A stretch of DNA of 15,142 bases from Pseudomonadota bacterium (GTDB taxonomy: Bacteria; Bdellovibrionota; FAC87; UBA2466), in contig JAYSWN010000032.1 of assembly GCA_043718025.1 (NCBI GenBank), positions 1-15,142 on the forward strand, in the 5' to 3' direction. Below, piece by piece: positions 7,967 to 15,142 of this stretch. Each line of letters starts with the position of its first letter. Position 1 is the first letter of the stretch. Made by a program: the position numbers and the translations under genes. Under the pieces are notes generated by a model that saw only the letters and a list, made by a program, of their open reading frames with translations, ran no database searches and was not told the origin of the DNA.

Positions 7967-8653
7967 ATGAGCGCTACCAATACCCGCAACGTTTTAGAAG
8001 TCTCGCCCAGCAAGCGCACATTAATAAAACGCGCCACCTGGCTCGCCTACTTCACCATTGGTTACAACCTGATAGAGGGACTCGTCTCGATTGGACTAGG
8101 AATTTCCGAGGAATCCATGGCTCTGGCCGGGTTCGGAGCAGACAGCCTTATCGAGGTGGGTTCCGCGTTTCTCGTGCTCTGGCGATTCAGAGGCGAAGCG
8201 GGCGGAGAGCCAGGTGTGAGCGTAAAGCAAGAACGCCAAGCCACAATGGGGATAGGTGTGCTCTTCGTTCTACTCGCCATTCTGACGGCGCTGGCCTCCG
8301 GGATACAACTATTTGCGGGTCGACATCCGCAAACTACATTTCCGGGCATCGTGATTTCGATAATAAGTTTGAGTTTCATGTTTTTCCTATGGCGCTCAAA
8401 GCGCGATATTGCGAGGAAACTCGATAGCGCTACCGTGATGAAGGACGCAGATTGTTCGCTCGCGTGTATTAAGTTATCGGTAGTTCTTTTCGTCGGCAGT
8501 TTGCTGTTTATGCTTGTGCCTGCTCTGTGGTGGGCGGATGCCGTGGCGGCACTCGTTCTTGCTTGTCTTATCGGTCAAGAAGGGCGCGAAACAATTCTCG
8601 CGGCGAGGCAACCGGACTTTTCCGGAGGGTGCGGCTGCTCGAATTCGTTGTAA
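7967..8653 (+). CDS. Cation efflux (CDF-related, TMEM163-like) transporter lacking the cytosolic C-terminal domain
   Basis: 228 aa; YNLIEGLVSI, SMALAGFGADSLIE, LDSATVMKDA, WWADAVAAL motifs; ends GGCGC. Confidence 0.85.
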   Translation: MSATNTRNVLEVSPSKRTLIKRATWLAYFTIGYNLIEGLVSIGLGISEESMALAGFGADSLIEVGSAFLVLWRFRGEAGGEPGVSVKQERQATMGIGVLFVLLAILTALASGIQLFAGRHPQTTFPGIVISIISLSFMFFLWRSKRDIARKLDSATVMKDADCSLACIKLSVVLFVGSLLFMLVPALWWADAVAALVLACLIGQEGRETILAARQPDFSGGCGCSNSL

Positions 8654-8767
8654 TTTCTACCCTTCGAAATTCTTACCACCGCGAGAAAGTTTCGACCGCG
8701 CGACTCGGCTACTTTTGAAGGCCAACCCAATTTACGTGTCATAAAATAATTGAGCGCGTCCGCAGGG

Positions 8768-9811
8768 CTATGCGACATTTCGACGAAACTCATAATGTAG
8801 CCCGCCGACTCTTGGTATTTTGGTAATTTTTCCTTCCCGCTCCACTGGTCGTGGAACTGGCGAGTCTTTGTTGAGAGTTAGGTGCGTTCGCGAATGGTTG
8901 TAATAGTCCTTATATGAGTTGAGCACGCGGGTAAGTTGCCGCTCATTAAAAGCGATTATATGGTCAGTGCACTCTCTTCGGACGGTTCCGATTACTCTTT
9001 CCACGTAGGCATTCTGCCACGGACATTTATGGGCGGTGATTACATCTTTGAACCCATGATACTTGAGGCCCCAAAAGTTTCTGTCCCGGTCGTGAAGCAC
9101 GAACTTAGGTAGCTCTTTAAAAGGATGAGCGTTACGAAGTTGTTGGGCGGTCCACCTTGTAGAGGGCTTACTGGTCACGGCGAAGCGTAATATCTTTCGT
9201 CTGTCGTGAGACAAAATCACCAGCACGTACAGTCTATGAAACCAAATGGTCGGAACCAAAAAGAAGTCCATGGCGATGACGTCTTTGGTATGATTTTTAA
9301 GAAATGTGCGCCAATCTTGTTTGAACGGGCGAGGGAAGTGAGACCGAAGCAGGTACTTCTGTACACTTGCCTGTGAAATTTCAATTCCAAGTTTTAATAA
9401 TTCGCCGTGAATTCTTGGCGCTCCCCACCTGCGATTCGCAATTGAGATTTCTCGAATCAATTTAATGACTCGCCAAGGAAGCGCGCGCCTTCCTCCTTGC
9501 TTGCCGACCTTGCGTCTCCAAAACCAGCGGAACCCCTTCTTATGCCAACGGAGCAGGGTCTCGGGCTGAACTAAATGGAGCGCCCCTTTCCAATTGGTTA
9601 TGTGCCTCGAAAGCCAAACGAGGAAGCTTCTATCCCAGCGTTTAAACGTTGGCCGACTCTGCTTTCGTCGCAAAATCCCCAGTTGGTAGCGGAGAAAGGC
9701 ATTCTCCCAAACCAGCGACTCTCGACTTCTAAAATACCCGCCTATAAGGCCAAAAATTGCACGAATTGCCAACATCATCGGACACTGCCCGACCGATTTA
9801 GACGTCGTCAA
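8768..9811 (-). CDS. Integrase-core (rve, DDE) transposase, IS481-like
   Basis: ENAFLRYQLGILRR, VQPETLLRWH, WGAPRIHGELLKLG, catalytic AMDFF / HDRD / NAYVERVIGTVRRE, C-terminal GGLHYEF. Real start may be ATG 9778 or 9775. Confidence 0.92.
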   Translation of the reverse strand: MTTSKSVGQCPMMLAIRAIFGLIGGYFRSRESLVWENAFLRYQLGILRRKQSRPTFKRWDRSFLVWLSRHITNWKGALHLVQPETLLRWHKKGFRWFWRRKVGKQGGRRALPWRVIKLIREISIANRRWGAPRIHGELLKLGIEISQASVQKYLLRSHFPRPFKQDWRTFLKNHTKDVIAMDFFLVPTIWFHRLYVLVILSHDRRKILRFAVTSKPSTRWTAQQLRNAHPFKELPKFVLHDRDRNFWGLKYHGFKDVITAHKCPWQNAYVERVIGTVRRECTDHIIAFNERQLTRVLNSYKDYYNHSRTHLTLNKDSPVPRPVEREGKITKIPRVGGLHYEFRRNVA

Positions 9812-9842
9812 GGAAGTGGGAATTGCCTAGTAATTTCAGGTA

Positions 9843-9865
9843 GGACGAGGTTTTCAGTAGGCACA
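9843..9865 (-). mobile_element. Probable upstream terminal sequence of the transposable element
   Basis: Minus strand reads TGTGCCTACTGAAAACCTCGTCC, starting with the 5'-TGT typical of IS481-like ends, just upstream of the transposase. No convincing partner end was found. Confidence 0.55.
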
Positions 9866-9882
9866 TACATTTGTGCTACATT
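9866..9882. repeat. GTGCTACA motif at right island end (one full copy, one partial)
   Basis: tacatt-tgtgc-tacatt: TACATT at 9866 and 9877, the same 11-bp period as the left pair. Confidence 0.55.
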
Positions 9883-9968
9883 TTGGGGTTTTTCGAGGCC
9901 GAAAAAATTAAGGCCCCTAGAAGCCGCGGCGTTTGTGCAAACGCTTAAACTACTAGAAGCCTTAATAG

Positions 9969-9993
9969 AAAAGGCCCCCTTTAGGGGGCCTTT
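9969..9993 (-). terminator. Rho-independent terminator of the tRNA, located on island DNA
   Basis: aaaggccccc/gggggccttt 10-bp stem with 4-nt loop, 4 nt after the CCA end, with T-run on the minus strand. Confidence 0.85.
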
Positions 9994-9997
9994 AATT

Positions 9998-10074
<77 letters not shown>

Positions 10075-10094
10075 TCAAAAAATCTGGTGTCGTA

Positions 10095-10123
10095 GATGTA
10101 TTGGTTAGAGGCTTTAGTGTCAA
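10095..10123 (-). promoter_or_regulatory. Possible tRNA promoter
   Basis: TTGACA (10123-10118)-17 bp-TACATC, about 20 bp upstream of the tRNA 5' end. The -10 box is weak. Confidence 0.45.
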
Positions 10124-10315
10124 CCACTGATTACTCGGGAGCGTTGCGGGTTGTCGAACTAAGTATCCGTAATTGATTGGTTAAATCACACTAATGATTT
10201 GCTAACCTTAACCAGAAGTCCCCCTCATTTTACCAGACGAACCAGGACCACGGACGCAATCGAAGCGTTCGCTTTTCACTAGTGTAGAGAACTTTGCTCA
10301 ACTAAAAACATAGGC

Positions 10316-11014
10316 ATGATGAACAATAAAATAACCGTCAAACTGGTACTAGCCGGAGTGAGCCTCGTTATCGCGGGCCCCCTGTTTGCCAACCTAAGAC
10401 TGGTGCCTCCCGTTGCCGGATTTCTTATCTACCTTTTTGGCGCCTTGGTGGCCCTCATCGGATCAGTTTGGGAAACCATAGGATTATTAAAAAAACGGCC
10501 CGTTACCTACCCTGCGTTTCTCGGATTCATCCCCCTTCTTTTGGTACTTTTATTTTTTGCCAAGGCGAGTGCCTTTCCACTCCTTAACGATGTGTCGAGC
10601 GATCTCGATGACATTCCGGCGTTCGTCACGGCGTCCAAACTTCCCGAGAATGCCGGGCGTGACATGAGTTACCCCGAAGAGTTTAAGCCTCTGGTACGCA
10701 ACCACTACAGCAATTTGGCCGGCCAAGTGGTGAACGGAACCCCCGACGAGGTGATGACCCGAACCATGGCGTTATTACAACAACGCCCTTTTTTCAGCGT
10801 TACCCGCGACGATCGGCGGGCCAAAGAGATGGAAGGCACTTCCGAAACTTCGTTCTTCCGATTTAAAGACGATTTTATTTTGCGGTTTCGCGCCGTAGGT
10901 GCCAACACTCAAGTCGATATGCGCTCTAAATCACGCAACGGCAAAGGGGATGTGGGGGCCAACGCCGCCCGTATCCTCAACACGCTTACCGCCATTCAAA
11001 AAGGCGCGTGGTAA
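10316..11014 (+). CDS. DUF1499 domain membrane protein
   Basis: Three N-terminal TM segments, PLLNDVSSD, FFRFKDDFILRFR, VDMRSKSRNGKGDVGANAARI. Confidence 0.9.
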   Translation: MMNNKITVKLVLAGVSLVIAGPLFANLRLVPPVAGFLIYLFGALVALIGSVWETIGLLKKRPVTYPAFLGFIPLLLVLLFFAKASAFPLLNDVSSDLDDIPAFVTASKLPENAGRDMSYPEEFKPLVRNHYSNLAGQVVNGTPDEVMTRTMALLQQRPFFSVTRDDRRAKEMEGTSETSFFRFKDDFILRFRAVGANTQVDMRSKSRNGKGDVGANAARILNTLTAIQKGAW

Positions 11015-11039
11015 CTTTTTTTAAAAAAGAGCCCAAGCT

Positions 11040-12458
11040 TTAGGGATTTTTAGCTTCGTATGATCGCCCCGGGCCAATTCGATTTCGTATCGAAAGATAA
11101 ACCAGATCGTTTGAAAGGCTCTCCGGAACGATAAGTTTTGGGTCCTTCCAATTGCGCAACGCCCAAAGGCGATTTCTTATTGCGAAGCTATTACCCCTGG
11201 ACCCCAGATCGATCTCGTATTGATGCCTCGGTATTGACGCCAAGTTACCAACCAACGCCAAGGCCAAAAAGAAAGTCACAACCCCTTTACTCGTTGGGAA
11301 TTCCTCCAAGAGTTTACGAACAAAAAGAGCAATCCCCATCGCCGCTACGATTGTGACCGGTATGGCGTAATACATTTTCCGCAAGTGAACGAATCGAAAA
11401 AACCATTCGTACTTAGCGCCCTGCACCGCCACCAATAAAATTTGCGCGATGAAAATAAAAACCCAAGTCAGGCGCCAACTATTCTTTCGGCCCAGCGCAG
11501 ATTTGGAGGTAAAAAGCAGAATGCCAACCACGAGGCCAATCAGAATCGGGCGCGGACACGATCCGAGCAAATTTTGGTAGTACGACAGCACAACACTCAT
11601 CGACTTACGTAACAAAGAAACTGGTTCGGAAAAAAAAGGCCCAAAAGACAGATCCTGAAGCTTAGTTCCGGGCAAATACCCATGCATCTGCAAAATTAAA
11701 CGCTGCCCTAAATAGTATTTATAAAAACAGTGAGCGAATAAGGACAAACCCCATACAGACAACACTTTGTTTAACGCGAAATCGGCTCGAAAGAGCCGCT
11801 CCAGTGACAAAGCAATCACGCCAATCAAAATCCAAAAGAACCCCTGAGGGTCAAACCAGGTAGTGGCAACGCACGATACAAACAGCGTAAGAGCGATGAA
11901 ACGCTGTCGCTTGGCGTCAGCATTCACCGCCGCGCGGTACAGCTCAATGCTTAGGCGAATTGAAAGTAAAAGAAATAGGCCCGCACCGATTTTGGCGGTT
12001 CGATGAAAAACACTCCACAGCATGATTGGCGGAGAGGTGAGCAGCAGGCAGGTGAGAATAAGCGAAAGGCGGCGCCCCAATCCCAACGGACCAACGAGAA
12101 GTTCCCAAAAAAGAAACGCGATACAAAATGAAAACAATACCTTCACCGTCGAAAGCGCGTGAGCAAATCCCAATTTGGCGGCAAACACCATCGCCGACGC
12201 ATCAAAGTAGTCAAAGAGGTAAGAAAGTTCTCTCGCTTCAAAGTTATTGACCGACGCAGGATACTCCATCGTCTGCACGTCAAAAATGATCTGATACCAC
12301 GGTCGGTCGGCAAGTAACGCGGGCACCACAAGATTGTGCTCTGCCAGCATATTAAAGCCAGCGTCTCGCTGCAGCCATACCGAATAGCCCAGAATTGAAA
12401 GAAAAATAACTCCGGGTAAGAGTGCTTTAGGCATCGGGGAAATTATAGATTGTTTCAC
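11040..12458 (-). CDS. Hypothetical polytopic membrane protein (possibly GT-C-like glycan transferase)
   Basis: 472 aa ORF with many TM segments and a first extracytoplasmic loop carrying acidic residues. Family is not recognised; start uncertain (12458 or 12434). Confidence 0.65.
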   Translation of the reverse strand: MKQSIISPMPKALLPGVIFLSILGYSVWLQRDAGFNMLAEHNLVVPALLADRPWYQIIFDVQTMEYPASVNNFEARELSYLFDYFDASAMVFAAKLGFAHALSTVKVLFSFCIAFLFWELLVGPLGLGRRLSLILTCLLLTSPPIMLWSVFHRTAKIGAGLFLLLSIRLSIELYRAAVNADAKRQRFIALTLFVSCVATTWFDPQGFFWILIGVIALSLERLFRADFALNKVLSVWGLSLFAHCFYKYYLGQRLILQMHGYLPGTKLQDLSFGPFFSEPVSLLRKSMSVVLSYYQNLLGSCPRPILIGLVVGILLFTSKSALGRKNSWRLTWVFIFIAQILLVAVQGAKYEWFFRFVHLRKMYYAIPVTIVAAMGIALFVRKLLEEFPTSKGVVTFFLALALVGNLASIPRHQYEIDLGSRGNSFAIRNRLWALRNWKDPKLIVPESLSNDLVYLSIRNRIGPGRSYEAKNP

Positions 12459-12612
12459 AACACTGGACGAAACTAAATTTGACGCTGTCGACGGTAATCT
12501 AGAATGGGGCGCTCATGAGCAACGACGGTAGCAAATGACCTTACAGCCCAGGGCGTGTTGACATTGCACCTCCAACCGCTGAAATCAAGAATAGGAAATC
12601 GAGGGATTCGCA

Positions 12613-13248
12613 ATGATCACAGTCTACGGCCTTAAAGCATTCATGCCACAACTAAAAGGGCTGGTGAGGGATATCCGCACGGTATGGACCCTCGAAGAGC
12701 TCGGATTGCCTTACGAACAAAAGAAGATGGATGCGTTGAAAAAAGAGCATAAAGAGGCGGCCTTTCTGGCGCTCAACCCCTTTGGCAAAGTGCCCACCAT
12801 TCAAGACGGTGAGGTGACTCTATTCGAATCTTCGGCGATTTGTACCTACCTTGGCGAAAAGGCGGGCAAGCTCCTTCCGACGCAAGGCACTGCGCAGCGC
12901 CACAAATATGATCAATGGATGGCGTTTGCAAATTCCACCCTTGAGCCGCTCTGCTCCCGAGTGGTGGGCATTGATTTTTTTGAGCAAACAAAGAGCGAGG
13001 CTTTGACCAAGTATCGAAATGAAACTTTAGAACTTGCGACCGGCATGGTGGCCGCATTAGACGCGCAGCTCGCCGCCCGTTCCTACATTCTCGGTGAGGC
13101 ATTCTCGATTGCGGACATCATGCTCTCAAGCGTTTTAAGGATGCTTTCACATACCGAAGTGACAGCGAAATACCCTAACGTTATCGCTTACCTTCTAAAG
13201 AATTTTTCTCGTCCCGCCTTTGCGCGGGCTCACGAGAAAAACGGTTAG
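12613..13248 (+). CDS. Glutathione S-transferase family protein
   Basis: WTLEELGLPYE, LNPFGKVPTI, LFESSAICTYL, YILGEAFSIADI; GAGG RBS. Confidence 0.95.
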   Translation: MITVYGLKAFMPQLKGLVRDIRTVWTLEELGLPYEQKKMDALKKEHKEAAFLALNPFGKVPTIQDGEVTLFESSAICTYLGEKAGKLLPTQGTAQRHKYDQWMAFANSTLEPLCSRVVGIDFFEQTKSEALTKYRNETLELATGMVAALDAQLAARSYILGEAFSIADIMLSSVLRMLSHTEVTAKYPNVIAYLLKNFSRPAFARAHEKNG

Positions 13249-13270
13249 GCAAAGACACGCCATTTACCGC

Positions 13271-13549
13271 TTAGATACAGCCGTAGGCTTTGAGATTGCT
13301 ATCCAACGTGCGGTTATCGCATGGGCTATTGCGAAGCTTTTTGCAAAACTCGTCACGCGAACGCTCGTTTTCAATTTTCACTCTGCAGGTTGCCGTACTG
13401 ATATCGAGCGACAAGTTTACAGTTTCGCGATTGCCGCCGTTTCCGGGGCCGCTTCCAGTGCCATTTCCGGTACCAGGGCCAGTGTTTTCACCGCAGCCAG
13501 CGGCAAGAGTTAACAAAGCAATAAATAGAAAGGGTGTGATTTTTTTCAT
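13271..13549 (-). CDS. Small lipoprotein, hypothetical
   Basis: Start revised to ATG 13549 (MKKITPF..); lipobox LAAG-C; Gly-rich linker; four further Cys. Confidence 0.75.
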   Translation of the reverse strand: MKKITPFLFIALLTLAAGCGENTGPGTGNGTGSGPGNGGNRETVNLSLDISTATCRVKIENERSRDEFCKKLRNSPCDNRTLDSNLKAYGCI

Positions 13550-13628
13550 GGCCGGCACCTTAGTGATTTGCCAAAAATTTCGCAACTGAGAATTTTTAAC
13601 AACTTGAAATCACTAAATAAAACAGACT

Positions 13629-15080
13629 TTAGTCGTCGCTGGGGCCTTGCAAAATTTTAGCGGCTGTCGAGGCAATTCCCGACCCGTATTTTTTTGCGTC
13701 TAAAAAGACCGAAACCAGCGCCTGCCTCTCGAAATAGGTAAACTGACTCCACGGCATGATGATGAGCAAGAAATGGATATCGCTATATTCGCTAGGGGCT
13801 TTAGTTTCCAGGTTCGAATCAAACTGAGGCAGCGCAATGGCCGCAGCATTTAGTTTTTTCAAAGCTGTCTCCATAGCAACTCGTGCCACCGCCAAGTTAT
13901 CTTCGCTGACCCTTCCCACGATGACACTTTGAGAGAAATTACGAATCAAGTAGCGTTGCGACGGCGTAAACAGAGCTTCCTTACCGCGCTCGACCAGGGT
14001 GACGAAAAAACGGGCGGGGTGACGGTAATCATTCGTATCTAATGCGCCAGTGAGATGCAGAAACCCAATTAAGGTGCCCAAGTCTTCGTTCCAAGCTAAA
14101 GCACTAGGAAAGTCGGTCGACTGAATTCCAATCCCCCACTGTTTTTGAAAGACTTCGATTGCCTTTAAGATGGTGGGACGAAAAACAGATAATAATTGAG
14201 TCGTGAAAAGCGTTTGGTTAGCCACGTCGTCCAACAAAGAATCTAACGCATTTGCGATGGCAACGGTGATTTGGATTAACTCGACTTGTCGATCGATACC
14301 GAGGCTTTCTAAATGACCGGCCAGGCGCAAAAATTCGGCGCGATCGGCGTTTCTTAGAGTAGCCAACAAAATGGCAGTTCGCAGCTCATCTGCGTAAATC
14401 CGTTGATGGGGGCTTTGCGCCGCCAAAGGCGTAAGCACCTTTTGCAGAAGTGAGGCGAAGAAATCACGTACGAAAGGGTGATTTTGACTAAGTTTCCCCA
14501 ATTCACCAACCAGATCGCCCGCAAGGGTTCGCTCAGCGTGAGAACTAGTGCCGTATAACACCGCAAAAGCGAGTCGGTCTCCGTGCTCAAAAAGGAGCGG
14601 GAATTTAGCTTCAGCCCCGGGGTTAAGCAGCAGGAGGCGCAGCGCCGCTCGGCGCGCCGACAAAACTTGGGAGGGGTCGGCAAAAATAGAAAACAGCTCA
14701 TCGTTGGCGGCCGGTCCAAGCAGCCTAATTTCTTCCGCCGTTTGAGCTTCAAACTCTTGGTATTGGGCCTGGGCCTGCCGCCGAGATAAGGCGTCGGGCG
14801 TAACCTCTCGGTAGATGGTCCAATTTTTTTCAGCTAGAGCGGCGACTTGCCTGTACACCGGGCGGCCCACGTGGCTCGCTAACATCACTGCACTTACGGC
14901 ATTGTCGAGAAGCTGATCAGCGCAAGTCTGGGGCTGGGTATCAGGTCGCCTAAGCCCAAACGAGTCTAACATCCAACCCGGTGGCAAGGCCCACGCTGAG
15001 CTGGCGAACAAGAAGGCGGCTACTAGGGGTTTGGCGCAAAAGGAGCCACGATGAATCCAAAAACTATCAACCACACGCAC
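13629..15080 (-). CDS. Hypothetical secreted alpha-helical protein
   Basis: 483 aa ORF, GAGGAG RBS, signal-like segment ending AWA, Leu/Ala-rich. No recognised family. Confidence 0.7.
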   Translation of the reverse strand: MRVVDSFWIHRGSFCAKPLVAAFLFASSAWALPPGWMLDSFGLRRPDTQPQTCADQLLDNAVSAVMLASHVGRPVYRQVAALAEKNWTIYREVTPDALSRRQAQAQYQEFEAQTAEEIRLLGPAANDELFSIFADPSQVLSARRAALRLLLLNPGAEAKFPLLFEHGDRLAFAVLYGTSSHAERTLAGDLVGELGKLSQNHPFVRDFFASLLQKVLTPLAAQSPHQRIYADELRTAILLATLRNADRAEFLRLAGHLESLGIDRQVELIQITVAIANALDSLLDDVANQTLFTTQLLSVFRPTILKAIEVFQKQWGIGIQSTDFPSALAWNEDLGTLIGFLHLTGALDTNDYRHPARFFVTLVERGKEALFTPSQRYLIRNFSQSVIVGRVSEDNLAVARVAMETALKKLNAAAIALPQFDSNLETKAPSEYSDIHFLLIIMPWSQFTYFERQALVSVFLDAKKYGSGIASTAAKILQGPSDD

Positions 15081-15142
15081 GTTCTTCTCCTCAGCTCTGC
15101 AACTGTCTCAGCTTTGAAGGGATGCATGTAATAGGTTTATCG

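Noticed and set aside
12558..12585. Promoter for the GST gene
   Set aside because: Perfect TTGACA but only a poor -10 (TGAAAT at 16 bp); too weak to call.

Overview
Bacterial genomic DNA in two parts. Positions 1-~10074 form a ~10 kb genomic island integrated at an initiator tRNA-fMet(CAT) gene (9998-10074, minus strand). A perfect 42-bp copy of the tRNA's anticodon arm to acceptor stem sits at 1-42 and is cut off by the window edge. The island cargo is metal-homeostasis and efflux genes: YnfA, an MFS transporter, a CusA/CzcA-type RND pump, an unusually short periplasmic adaptor and a TolC-type factor. A divergent three-gene unit follows: a secreted Cys-containing leader-like ORF ending in PPTRPP, a secreted 13-Cys metallothionein-like protein, and a CDF/TMEM163-like cation transporter. 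The island encodes no tyrosine or serine integrase and no regulator. The slot beside the tRNA is occupied by an rve/DDE (IS481-like) transposase, and short repeated GTGCTACA motifs near both ends resemble integrase arm-type sites. Positions ~10300-15142 look like host chromosome: DUF1499 protein, polytopic membrane protein, GST, small lipoprotein and a secreted hypothetical protein. All calls come from reading motifs by eye; no searches were run.
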